From positions 79,236,001 to 79,300,000 of the forward strand of contig OZ296649.1 in assembly GCA_965655095.1 (NCBI GenBank): a stretch of 64,000 bases of DNA, in the 5' to 3' direction. This DNA is from Haplodiscus bocki (Eukaryota). Each line of letters starts with the position of its first letter. The first letter of the stretch is position 1. A program made the position numbers and the translations under genes. Under the pieces are notes generated by a model that saw only the letters and a program-made list of their open reading frames with translations, did not search any database and had not been told where the DNA came from. This document shows, piece after piece, positions 51,201 to 62,450 of the stretch.

Positions 51201-51545
51201 GGTCAACATATGGCTCCATTTCTGTTAATTCATCGTTCCGGATTCCAAGCGTTTGTGATTCATTGTTTTTGTTCATGTATAGATGCAAATGAAACCAAAA
51301 GTTAACTTAAGTATTTTATTTTTGTTTTCAAAGTTAACATGCCATGCATGTTGAGGACTTTGAGAAGAAATCTTTCGAAATGCAGTGAATTGAAGCTAAT
51401 ATGTGATCACTTTTTTTTCCTGTCATCTTTTATTTGATTATGAATTGTGTTGATGCCTACCGTGAATTATAATATTTTGTCTTTTGTTTCAGCCTGGCAC
51501 AATCCAAATGATTCCCTCTCTGTGCAGCTTCTCCAATCTGTTTGA
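20971..51545 (+). CDS. TENM: Divergent teneurin, 13-exon model, 6621 nt CDS, ~2206 aa
   Basis: Domain order: Pro/His-rich ICD, NWKC plus TM, beta domain, EGF repeats, Cys-rich, TTR/FN-plug (WNKTDVYGNKVYGLAE), NHL propeller, YD/RHS shell. All 12 GT-AG junctions are phase-compatible. Confidence 0.88.
23258..23684 (-). mobile_element. HINE-like element, family B
   Basis: The reverse strand starts AACAAGCCGAGAACGACCAAGTCAGCGCC and ends AAAGCGCCGACATAAAAAA. Confidence 0.55.
24290..24645. repeat. Three 123-bp tandem units (TTTTCGGCACTGTGAGACAAAA core) inside a composite HINE-like element whose termini lie at ~24800-24853
   Basis: The core recurs at 24358, 24481 and 24604. The same unit appears inverted at 30650-31180 and around 40200. 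Confidence 0.7.
25039..25437 (-). mobile_element. HINE-like element, family A
   Basis: Same termini in reverse orientation (ccatatttaaatatgg hairpin; gctagccggacgtcttgtt). Confidence 0.55.
26453..26920 (+). mobile_element. HINE-like element, family A
   Basis: Starts ACAAGAC..gatattttccgccttcc and ends ccatatttaaatatgggcggaaaac. The interior is homologous to 16213-16728. Confidence 0.6.
29214..29492 (+). CDS. TENM: Teneurin ICD exon 2
   Basis: Acceptor ttttttttccag and donor CAG|GTGAG. Poly-N/Q/H tracts and NGTVYVPP, which resembles the teneurin ICD motif GTVYSPP. Confidence 0.7.
29871..30003 (+). CDS. TENM: Teneurin ICD exon 3
   Basis: Acceptor ttttgaacag, open frame AGDDRVQYIKGVAGG..VTR, donor AG|GTTAGT. 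Phase 1 in, phase 2 out. Confidence 0.65.
30595..31353 (+). mobile_element. HINE-like element, family B, with internal ~120-bp repeats
   Basis: Starts AACAAGCTAAGAACAG. Perfect subterminal inverted repeat AGTCGGCGCT (30616) / AGCGCCGACT (31339), with a 3' hairpin followed by an A-run. Confidence 0.62.
38911..39155 (+). CDS. TENM: Teneurin transmembrane exon (frame is also open upstream to ATG 38672)
   Basis: YCINWKCIITLCCILALLIIGLVFLL is the teneurin WKC plus TM signature. NAGNAG acceptor cacagcag in phase 2; donor A|GTTAGT in phase 1. Confidence 0.85.
39725..41537 (+). mobile_element. HINE-like element, family B (long or composite)
   Basis: Starts AATCAAGCCGAGAACGGCCAA.., homologous to the reverse complement of 23620-23684. 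Ends CACTACTATAGTCGGCC..AAAGCGCC. Confidence 0.45.
42147..42848 (+). CDS. TENM: Teneurin exon: juxtamembrane beta domain and EGF repeats 1-3
   Basis: Contains QYLSNGKWYIRVFNDG and CPADC..; bounded by acceptor tttttcag and donor A|GTAAGT. Confidence 0.92.
43152..44104 (+). CDS. TENM: Teneurin exon: three EGF repeats, Cys-rich and TTR-like domain
   Basis: ORF 43154..44128 contains VVRGQIV and GWFDFLV; donor AAT|GTAAGT. Confidence 0.93.
44451..45255 (+). CDS. TENM: Teneurin exon: FN-plug and start of NHL
   Basis: Contains VTVAGLVF, WNKTDVYGNKVYGLAEVEASIDY and LYSGKG, and ends LKSPK|G. Confidence 0.93.
45378..45532 (+). CDS. TENM: Teneurin exon: NHL repeat
   Basis: Splicing gives PKGLTVLNNGTVVFVDG, compared with canonical PKGIAVDKNGLIYFVDG. 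Confidence 0.88.
45794..46658 (+). CDS. TENM: Teneurin exon: NHL and start of YD shell
   Basis: HNPMDDTLILFD resembles INPMDNSLYVLD; also VTVGSKGDIFLAD. Donor CAG|GTAGGT. Confidence 0.9.
46865..47196 (+). CDS. TENM: Teneurin exon: YD shell
   Basis: Open frame with phase-compatible ends. The donor GTTACA is weak, so the boundaries are less sure. Confidence 0.7.
47378..47557 (+). CDS. TENM: Teneurin exon: YD shell
   Basis: Acceptor tttgcag and donor CAG|GTAAGT, phase 0 on both sides. Confidence 0.78.
47799..49449 (+). CDS. TENM: Teneurin exon: YD/RHS repeats and RHS core-like end
   Basis: Contains FNYNPLGQL, YVYDIQGRL, YYDFTGK, YLIANTPVGT and KGSWLDETFGLVYLNHRFF; donor G|GTAAGA. Confidence 0.9.
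49620..50025 (-). mobile_element. HINE-like element, family A
   Basis: Reads tgttattttccgcgtccatattttatatatgg ... ggaaggcggaaaatgtcccggagttagccgggcgtattgtt. Confidence 0.55.
51493..51545 (+). CDS. TENM: Teneurin putative terminal exon (17 aa then stop)
   Basis: Strong acceptor ttttgtcttttgtttcag. The phase-1 join gives AWHNPNDSLSVQLLQSV*, followed by AT-rich 3'UTR-like sequence. Confidence 0.5.
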
Positions 51546-52311
51546 CAATCTAATCCTCACTCCTCTCATTGCCAACCTTCCCACCATCCAACCGCCCCAC
51601 TTCGTAGAACCTCTCAAGTCATCATTATCTGCAATTCTCGACAATAGACTCATTTTACCTCCGTTCAACCGAGTTTTATATTCCACAAACGTCGCCCATT
51701 GATTAGTTTCAACAGCAGTCTTTTTCTGTTTCTTTTTCTTTGTTTGGGGCCTTAAAACTTGCCAATCGCCTTGCAGATTTCATTCGGTGCTATTTTATAA
51801 CTTTGGAATCAAAAGGAAAAAGCTGAATTGCGAAAAAAAGAAGAATTCTACATGAATCCTACATTTCAATTCAAAACTGAGAGTATGTTGTTTTGATATG
51901 CAAACAATACATAGCTGATGAATTGCTACATCTTAAACTTTTCTTTGAAGCTGTGCTTTAATTTTGTATGCATCAATTCTCCATTTCACAATGTGTTCTT
52001 TTTTAGCTAATTTATGTTAATTTATGTTGTATGCTAGTTTTTATACTGATAATTGATTATGAATTTATCAGTCAAATCTGCGTTTTTCTCCAAATATAGC
52101 ATCAATACTTCGAGGTTCAGTTAACATCTCATTAGCAAGGACCTTGAAATTTTGCCTTCAAGTACTTAGAAGTTGTTCAGTAGTTGAATCTATTCATCAT
52201 TAATTGGTATTCAAAAATTCTTTATTTTTTCGATGCAGAGTTGTTAACGTGAGAAAAAATGAAATGCTGAGAATATTGGGGTATTGGCAGGAAGTATCGC
52301 AGTGCGACTGC

Positions 52312-54487
52312 TCCTCTTGTTGAGAATAAATTTGAATAATTTTTTATTCTAAATGGTTTGTGGGCTTTTGAAAGCTTTATAACCAGGTTTATCTAAAGTA
52401 AAATTGAATGACATTCGTTCTCTCAAACCAACTACTGTAGATCTATCAACAATAAATTTTAAAATGGTTTTTACCAATTGCAGTTTTTAATTTTGGGCTC
52501 TCACTCATGCATTTTTTGACGTTCAATTGTTCAGTTCCAGTACAACATAATGGCCTTCTGAAATTGAAAGTTTATCAGAAAATTAATTTTGACTAGTTTT
52601 TACATTAGTTCTCTATCTTCTTTCATCAGCTTAAACACTAACGCTAACATTTGTTGGAAGTATGATAGGTAAGAACTAATATTATCAAGAAGTTCATAGA
52701 CAGCAGTGCTAAAGCATATTTGTGAAAATGTGAATTATAGTGCTCTGAAAGCCTCGTACTATCTTCTTTCTTATCGTTTTCAATTTCCTATCACGTTTCT
52801 TAAATTGATTGAATTTTTCTTTTCGAAATAAAATATCAAAATTGATCTTTGTACTTTCTTCATTAGGTAGAAATAAAATACGTTTGGCTTGGAATATATT
52901 ATCAGTGAAGTTCATTTAGATAACAGAAGTATCATGGTTAAAAAAACTTTCAAAATTAGTTTTTTCTTTACAATAATTAAAAACGGACAATTTTGATGCG
53001 ACATCCGTTAACTCAAGTCTTTATTCTTTCAGAATCTAAATTCAACGCGATATCGAAAGAAAAGCTATCCTAATGTTTTGTTTTTTTTTTCAAAATTCTT
53101 TTCCGCTTCTGGTATCGTCATAGTTTGTGGAATAAATTCTTCATTGTTTCTGGTAATTGGAAATAACAAATTTCCAGCTGTGTCACTTGGTACTTATCAA
53201 GATTCACTGAAGAACGTGAAAAAAACTGGTTGATAGTTTTACAAGGATTTTTTTTGTTTTTAGGACGGACTCAGTTGCCTATACTTCTTTTGCCGAGTAA
53301 AAAGCAGTTTTGTATTATGTCCTCTACCTGCATCAAAATCTGTTTTCTTAATATTCATTTGATTCTTGTGATTCTCTGATAACATGAAGTCGAAACTTGT
53401 TTCCTCTTGTTGAGAATAAATTTGATTAATTTTTTATTCTAAAAGGTTTGTGGGCTTTTGAAAGCTTTATAACCAGGTTTATCTAAAGTAAAATTGAATG
53501 ACATTCGTTCTCTCAAACCAACTACTGTAGATCTATCAACAATAAATTTTAAAATGGTTTTTACCAATTGCAGTTTTTAATTTTGGGTTCTCACTCATGC
53601 ATTTTTTGACGTTCAATTGTTCAGTTCCAGCACAACGTAATGGCCTTCTGAAATTTAAATTTTATCAGAAAATTAATTTTGACTAGTTTTTACATTAGTT
53701 CTCTATCTTCTTTCATCAGCTTAAACACTAACGCTAACATTTGTTGGAAGTATGATAGGTAAGAACTAATATTATCAAGAAGTTCATAGACAGCAGTGCT
53801 AAAGCATATTTGTGAAAATGTGAATTATAGTGCTCTGAAAGCCTCGTACTATCTTCTTTCTTATCGTTTTCAATTTCCTATCACGTTTCTTAAATTGATT
53901 GAATTTTTCTTTTCGAAATAAAATATCAAAATTGATCTTTGTACTTTCTTCATTAGGTAGAAATAAAATACGTTTGGCTTGGAATATATTATCAGTGAAG
54001 TTCATTTAGATAACACAAGTATCATGGTTAAAAAAACTTTCAAAATTAGTTTTTTCTTTACAATAATTAAAAACGGACAATTTTGATGCGACATCCGTTA
54101 ACTCAAGTCTTTATTCTTTCAGAATCTAAATTCAACGCCATATCGAAAGAAAAGCTATCCTAATGTTTTGTTTTTTTAAAAAAATTCTTATCCGCTTGTG
54201 GTATCGTCATAGTTTGTGGAATAAATTCTTCATTGTTTCTGGTAATTGGAAATAACAAATTTCCAGCTGTGTCACTTGGTACTTATCAAGATTCACTGAA
54301 GAACGTGAAAAAAACTGGTTGATAGTTTTACAAGGGTTTTTTTTTGTTTTTAGGACGGACTCAGTTGCCTATACTTCTTTTGCCGAGTAAAAAGCAGTTT
54401 TGTATTATGTCCTCTACCTGCATCAAAATCTGTTTTCTTAATATTCATTTGATTCCTGTGATTCTCTGATAACATGAAGTCGAAACT
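52312..54487. repeat. Near-perfect tandem duplication, 2 x 1090 bp
   Basis: 52312-53397 is repeated at 53402-54487 with only scattered substitutions. ORFs 52709 and 53799 translate identically. Confidence 0.97.
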
Positions 54488-56399
54488 GTTGTTTTAAAAT
54501 TGATTGTCACTAAAAGAGTTTTTTAAAATACATATATACAAATAGCTCGACCAAAACCATCTGATTGAGTTTTAATCTCAGAATATGAATTTTTTTCTAA
54601 CTTTAGCATCAAATTCAAAAATTTCTCTAGGAGTACAATAGTATTAGTAAGAATAATTTCCATAGTTTTACTCAACTCAACATGTTCCTTTTGATGCGTG
54701 CAGCTTTAAACTTCCTAGGTCAGTATGGAATGGTTCAACTCTTTTTTTATGCTGAGACTTCAGCGTCAGAATGAAAAGCTAATGTTTCTTGAACTAAAAA
54801 ATTTCATGTTGATCTGTTTTTTTTTGGACTATTTTTTGTCGAAAGTGTCTTATTTTCATCGTTGATTCATTCATATAGATCATGTAAAACAATTTTTGTA
54901 TACTATTATGTGATAAAAACTATTTTGGTAGACATTTCTTTTTACTGTTTATCAAACAAATCTTCATTATAGAAAAACCGTGTAACTGATTCAATTGAAT
55001 TTTCGAAGACATCGTTATATTTAGAAGTTAAGTCTGCTAAGGCTTGATGCAAGACCCTCTCAAACAACCATCTATATCTTCTTTTACCTTATGAGATTCG
55101 GAGCGGTCTAGTCGCTGTCAAATATCGCACCCACCATCTCTCTGTTGATTTAAGATAGCTGATAAGAAAAACCTAAATTCCATTTTCAGTTTAGCAGATG
55201 ATGCTGAAGATGGATTACTTGTTGACATTGAGTTAGAACGCCCTCTACCTTTCTTTTTTCGTTGAGTGTGTGAAAAAAAATGAATTCTGGGAGTGTGAAG
55301 ATTTTTTTCCGCAAAATGGTTGCGAGCAAGCAACTACTGGCACTGTGCGTGCGATAGCTGCCATTTTCACTTCGAGATGTTTAAAATTGACCAAATATAC
55401 AGTGAAACGTTCAAATAAAATTATTTAGGAGCTCTCTTTTGCTTTTCCTGCACCTGCAATCTTTTCCCAGTTTCGTGTGTTCTTATTTATTGCAAGTCGT
55501 GGAGTTCTGGAGTCGCATAACTGCCTGCCGCCTCCAAGATTTTCCTTAATAAAAGGCGCGTCAATTGTCATAAAGCTTAGACAATCACTTCGAACAAATC
55601 AGGACAGGAAATGATATGTATTGGATTGTTGAAAAAGCATAATTTTGAAACCTTGTAATTTTCCCGTAGATTCTTGGTTTCGTAAACAAGATTTTTCGGA
55701 AAGTATGCAAGGGACAAGAAAGTTTTGGGAAGTAAACTGTTCGGAGAAACTCGTTCCCAAAAAAAGCCGATTATACACAGATTTATATCTGATATGTTGT
55801 AAAGTAGGCCCTGTCCGCCTTCTTTTTCAAACCGTCTTCTTTCGAAAAAAATGCCAACTTATCGAAATGTTTAATACCCGAAAAATTTATAAATCATTGC
55901 AAGTTTGAAGAATGTCACTGTCAAAAGCATCCTCTGAACATGACTTTCAAAGCGAATTTGAAAATTATGTTGAAGATCTGTTTTGAAAAAGTATTTGTGG
56001 GGAGGGAAAGTGGTGGTACAAAAAAATGACGATATGATGGGGGAATGAAATGATAAAAATTTGGAACACTAAGCTAACAGAGAAGGTTTTATCTGTTGAA
56101 CTTGCAATTTAAGGTGGTATCTGAACCTAGAGGTTTAAGAAATTACAAGGATTTAACATTGCAAGATCAGAGAGTGGGTATAAGTAGATCGAACAATAGA
56201 TACCTCCTCATGTAATGGTAAATCTAAGACACAAGTTTATGCTTTATGATATAAACGGACACCACAAGTGAAAATCAAAATCCATGTAAGCCGTAAAAGA
56301 AGGTAACATTGAATGTACATCGGTTAAAAACAATGTTTTATTTTTTTAGATTTTTCAACCTAAAAATCAACCGCAGTCCTGAAGATGAGTAACTGGTAC

Positions 56400-58250
56400 T
56401 CTCAAAAACGATTCTCCAAAAATCATGTATCCCTTTTTGTCTGCTTGAGTAAACGAGTTGATTTGATTTAGTATTTGCGATAGCAGGTTAACGGAATTTA
56501 AGTGAATGAGAAAAGTTTTCGTCCCAAATTTATATCATTAGCAGAAAAAGAGTTGATCCAAAGCCTAACAAAACTTAGCATACCTAACAAGCAAAAATGC
56601 CGTCCCAGAATTTTCATCATCAAAAAGCAAAATCAGTAAGAATGTGAAGACCTCTCCCCGTAGCAAAAAGGTTATGTTTACATACCACTGAATTGAATTG
56701 ATTCGCTACTGCATTGGTAAACATACACCCGAATCCATGTTTCAAAATTTCCTGCGTCAGCATCCACATGTAACAATTCTGAATCATTGAATTGCACACA
56801 CTGACTAAGATCTGCATTTATCAGTACTGTCAGTTCCTTCCTTCTTCGTTATGGGTCTTTTTAATCCGATTCATCTTGAGATTCCTGAGCGGGAGAAAGA
56901 AGGTTCGTGCAGGAAACAATCATCTGTGTTTTCAACTATTACACCAGCATTTTTGTTCCTCTTCGCAAAGTTGTGAAAATCTTATCCTTAGCTCGCGAAC
57001 CACGGATAACACAGAAAAAATATGAAACTAAAAACGTGAGGATTGCTTGAAGTTTTCTTATACATTTTCCCTGCTGTTCATCAAATCCGCAAGGTCATGA
57101 TAAAAAGTGTCTAATTTAGGAAATAGACTTCCTTCCGATCTTCATTTGTTTAAAGAGGTCTTTTGCCTCTTGAGTATGGGGGAAGCGAATGCAATCAAAA
57201 CTTAAGTCCCCGTAAATTTAGGCTGTCTGAGCTAACATCTTTCGTTAAAATAAAATATCCGACATGCACGAACAATAGATTGGACATTTCTGCTCTAAAG
57301 AAAAAACTGATGAATACCAAATGAATAATCTGACTTTCATGATATTGCAAAAGTTGTTATGGAACATCTTTGAGGTGTTCCTAAACCTATAAATTGTTTA
57401 GTTTTCCTATATCTCTCTGAAATTTAATTTTAGATTTCTAAACGGGTACTGAAAAATCAGAGATAAGCGCGCGTATTGTTATATAATATTTTGCTGACAC
57501 CTCAGCCACAACGTTGAATTTCTTCTTTACAGGCATCCCCGGCTCAGACGCTGGATTGTTGCAATTTTCCTTCGCGTCAATTTTCCTGCAAATTCGTTTC
57601 CTTTCCGATAACGGCAATCAGTCGGTAGGGTACGTCATTTGATAATATGCTTTGGGATGGCATTCCCATCATCAGCTATTGCTTGCTCTCCGCTAATCTG
57701 TTCTTTGCCAACTGTTAGATGATGTCCTGAAGAAAATGTAGTCAAATACATCAAATGTTCAAGTATCGACTATGGGGTGTTCTGCTCTTGTATCAAAATG
57801 TAAAATGTCTCGTACGGGTAAACATTTTGAGAGGATTGACTCATAGAGACACCCAGTTCAGAATGAAGATCAATCTGGAAACGGTCCTCATTTGTTTCCT
57901 GGTTGTCTCCATTAGAATTCCGGGATGTTTCCGGAACGGCACCCGAACTTGTGAGTTCACAAGGAATTCGTTTAACTTGGACAAATCGCCCAAATACGAA
58001 TCTCTGTCCTACGGAACTCCTGAGACAATCTCTTTGTCACTCTCACTTCAATCTCCTCTGACACCTGAGTGAAATAGACCTCTTCGAATCTGGGAACAAC
58101 TGTGTCTTGTGACTAGTTACTCATCGAACATTCCTCGTGATTCTCTCAGTTCATGGCTGCTAGCTTTGTCTTGTTTGGCCATTTGAAGGAGAAGAATCAG
58201 ACAGCGTTGAAGACGGAATTAACTCTCATTTTTCAACATCAACTAGGAAA
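56400..58250 (-). mobile_element. Highly decayed RLE-type (R4/Dong-like) non-LTR retrotransposon relic
   Basis: Fragments RICRK..ATIQRLSRGC..FNVVA (~57500-57600) resemble the CxxC..ETIQH...C..RHN module. KFWDGIF (~56600) and KTKLAAMN (~58150) resemble R4-type pre- and post-RT motifs. Confidence 0.35.
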
Positions 58251-59249
58251 ATAAAATAAGTCAGAGTCCCAGAAAATACAAAACTAATTATAAATGCTAG
58301 GACAACTAATACTGTTCAGTCCCTTTGCACTTTCGTTTATTCCATTTATACCTTTTTCTTGGTGGGAGACATAATTGTTTACACGCCAAATCAAGGTACA
58401 AATAGAGAAAATTACTTCCAATATACAGACATCAGAAGGAAAATGCCAACTCTGGTGGGAAATAAACACCTTTCCGTCAATTTCTTTCCTCATAGGACGC
58501 CTCTTTTCCATCTTCCGACAGAAAATGGACGGACCTAATCCCTCGGAAACAGACATCACATTGCTTATCCACGCGCCGACATATTGTTTACGAGTTCAAT
58601 TAATTCCTTAATTGGGAAGTAAAATTGTTTTATCAAATTTAGGCATCAGAGGTGGAAAAAAATAAAATAACGATTGAAAATAAAAAATAATCAAGTCTTT
58701 TTCACGCATAGTACTATACTAATTGCTCACTTGAAATTTTACATCAAAAAAGAGGATTGCTACAGAGAATTTCCGTTTTTACTAGTAGCAGCAAGTCACT
58801 ATTCCAGCTGAGCGGAGAGGCGAGGTGAATACGGGTTCACTCCGTATTCAGTAGAACATTGTAGCACAGCTCATTAGTCGGAATGATTGTGACGTCACCA
58901 GACTAGTAGCGACTTAACACTACGGAACAAATATTCACTTCTAGAGTTCTTCACATTGCTTTACAGTCATACTCCTTTTTAGCTGGTAAATTGATTCACA
59001 CAGCACTTGTTTTAAGTCAGTAGTTACTGCACGTCAATCAAACTGCTTCACTTAAAAGTTGGATTTAGATTACATAAATAAATAGATTATTATTAAAATA
59101 GCTTTTTTTCAGGTTAAAATTGTCTGCTAGTATTTATTTGTTCCGTGGCGGTTCAGTTCTAGTCTGGATCAGTCCATTATGGTTATCCGTATATTTATAT
59201 GTATCAATTACATGCAAGTTAAGGAAAATATAAGAATAAAATCTTTTCA

Positions 59250-62200
59250 TTTGTTTTCCAGTTCATCAATTTTCTTGAGGGTCTGGGGATGTTTTTTCTA
59301 CCAGCAACGCTTGCCCACAGGCTTGGCAGATGTGCTGCGACAGTAAATACTTTTCAATTAATGTTGGGTTTTTAATTAAGAGATAAACATAAAGATCACT
59401 CATAATTGTCTGAACAGAATCGAGCCTTTCTATCTGATTTAGATTGTTCGAGGCCATGTGATATTCCAAATTTCTTTTCCATGGGGCACCAGCACTAAAA
59501 TTTCCTCTATGTTAGGTTGATTTTGCTTCAATTCAACCATTTTCGTCAGCATATATTGTTGGAATTTTACAAATCGATCAGCAGTAAACTTGGCCAGAAC
59601 CTTAGTCACCTCACATTCCTTTTTGTCTGCACAATTTTTCGCAAGATCTAAAACAACGCGAGTGCCAAGATGTTTGGATCCTGTATACATTGTCCTTTGA
59701 GAATTCACAACACTTTCTCATTGGATGCATTAAATATGTCTGGAGTCCAGTGACAGCTCGCTGGCGCAAGTATAATAATCTATGTTTTGATTGAGGATAC
59801 TCCGTGCAAGTGACAATCTCCAGCATCCAGGCGATCGCGCTACCACAAATAGTTTGATTTTGTTACTGCATTTTACGGAATTCTCATACATGGTCCCATG
59901 TCGGTCAGAGTTAATAGTTGGTTTAGGTTAAAAATGTGATACATAAGCTACGAATATAATCAATCCGTCTCCCTCCAAAGAATACTTTTCCATTGATTCC
60001 TAAAAAAACATCTCATGTAATTTTGTTCCAAAAGAAGGTCCATATTTTACAAGCGCAACGTTGTGGTTGCAGGAGTGCTTGTGGAAGACAACGACTTCTG
60101 GTTTGGTTCACTTTATTTTCAAGGCCTTATGATGGCAGATCCATTGGTTATTTTAGGAGCAGTTGAAGCTGTTGAATTTTTTTGTTCCTGGCCAATAGTT
60201 GCTTCTGAACAGTTGTTCTCGGTTTTGTTAGTTAGGATTCCATGCTACTGGGGATTTCCGGGAATTTTCTAGCCCAATGATATAAAAAAAAACTGACGCA
60301 CCCCGAGATTCTTTGGGTTTTTTTCATAACAGCGACCAACAAACAATTTCAAAGCCTTTTACTCTTTCAATCTCGTTATGAAAGCAATTTTTGGTGTGTT
60401 TTAGTCAGTTCTATCAGTTCACAAATATCAAATTGATACCGAGCAAACTTCAAAGCAACAAATTTCAAGAAATCTGAAGCACAATAATGGGAGCTAAAAA
60501 GTGAATTAATTAGAACAATTTTCGTCCCACAGCATTCCCTCAATAGCACCCAAAGCCGTCATCCCAAAACTTTCAATCAATCATTAACAAGCAAGACTGT
60601 CGAGCCAAGACTTCTCATCTTTAATTAGCAAAATAAAAGTCACCACTACAGCCAAACGATATCGTCTGCACCAAAACTATTTTTGTCCAAGTTTTGAAAG
60701 GTGTGCGGAGCAAGCCCACTTGCATGATTACTATAAGTGACAGTTTTCCACTGAACGTTAAGTTTTAATCCAGCTTCTTTAATTTTCTTTAGTGCGTCAT
60801 GCTTGTTAATGCTCGTTAGAAAGCTGAGAAAATTATAATGCTTGGTTTTCATCTTTTGCGGGTCTCTAGTTTTGCCAAACTAAGGGTTTGAATAAATGTT
60901 TTACGATCAATTATGTAGCCACAACTTGCGGACGCTCCTGATGCTGATGAGTTGCAGGACTTGGACTCTTTACGGTTTTTCCGGTATTAGTTCTTGAGAA
61001 TGAAAGGGCATTTACATGATTCGCTTTGATCAGAGAGATCTGAATCTGCGTCAGGGTGGAAGGAATCAGAGTAAATCTGCAAAAGGTTCCTTCTGTTGGC
61101 TTTGAGGGTCTTTGACGCCTCAACAGAATTATCTTGCGAGACCAGGGGATCTTTGCCTACCATCTTGGTGGAAAAAATTGGGGTAGTACCCTTCTTGCCT
61201 GTGGATCTCACATTCGGAGTGGACGTCATCTGGTGATCTTCCTCTTCCTGGGAAACAAATGAGCTCTAAAAATATCCCAGACAATCAGTACGTGTCGAAT
61301 TGAATATGAGACAGTTCCTTACGGCATTAAGATGTCGAATTCCCTCAGCATAACTTGTGGTGACGTACCAAATTCGTCCTAACAATTAATAGATTCATGA
61401 AATACTCCCGTTAAAGAAACTAAACTGCTTTATTTCAACTCCTTGCCATTTTCTATTACTGTATTATCTCACCGTAGCACAGGGTAATACTCATTCGAGT
61501 GAAATGAGTTCCTAGGAAACTGGATGTAGAAACTGCTGGATAGCCTCCAATTGTTGATATAACTAAACTTGATTTGCTGAGCTCAGGTTTTCCAGGGTTG
61601 AAAGGTTTGTACTTCAACTTTTGCACTTTTCGCCTTAACGTGCTGTTTTACAAGTTCACAGTTTCGAGGTTTGGTTTCACATAGCGGCCTTCTGTAGTTC
61701 GTTTTCCATGTGTTCTCGGATTTATGAGAACTCAGCTCCACTGCAGTCAGTTTGTCTTTGTTGTAATGTACATAAGTTTTCCACATATTATGAAATACGT
61801 TCCCGTTAAAGATGCATTAAATTATGTTGTCGTCGAATTGTTTCGGAACCATTTCATTGATTATTATCGCCAACGAATGCTCCTTTTAATCTCGTCGTCC
61901 CAGAAACTTACGTGCCCAATTGTCTACGACTCGATATGTATGCTCAGTTTGCCCAACCCAGCCAAAAAGAATTGCTTAAGCTGGAGCATGATTTTTGTGT
62001 TAAAGAAGTGGCCTGTTTTGTCTGGCGCTCAATGAATCTCTCCAGACTTTTTTAATCAGTCCAGAACTTCCCAGGTTAAATCGATCAAAAGCCCAGGCCG
62101 CCCGTTCATGTAAGAAGCCAGTGACAAAAAATTGAAACATTTGAGCTCACTTGTACATCACTATTTCAGCTCTTGATTGTATTTATTCCTTAGACGCTGA

Positions 62201-62450
62201 CAAGCTCTGGCGAGCAAACATTGGAGCGTGGGTACCAACTCTTTTCTCATGGTTAGTGATACGAACCGTGAAGATTTATAATCCAGATATCCTCTGAACT
62301 ACTTAATCTATGCTCATTTCCGCTGCAATGCTTAAGTAAACATTGTGAAAAAGTATTGCAATTGCTCAAAGTTCAATATTAATCGGCGTAAATGTCAGGG
62401 AATTCTGAGTTCGATCTGGAGGTCATCTGTCCTCAACTAAAACAAATTGT
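59250..62450 (-). other. Decayed coding-like sequence, probably TE-derived
   Basis: A cluster of short minus-strand ORFs with a GGLG motif at ~62095. No recognisable intact domain. Confidence 0.2.

Noticed and set aside
51484-51702. 72-aa ORF as the teneurin C-terminus
   Set aside because: It needs a phase-0 junction but the 49449 donor is phase 1, and it has no ABD/GHH similarity.
52709-54005. Two identical 68-aa ORFs as a duplicated gene
   Set aside because: Low-complexity AT-derived K/F/I frames that are simply a by-product of the tandem duplication.
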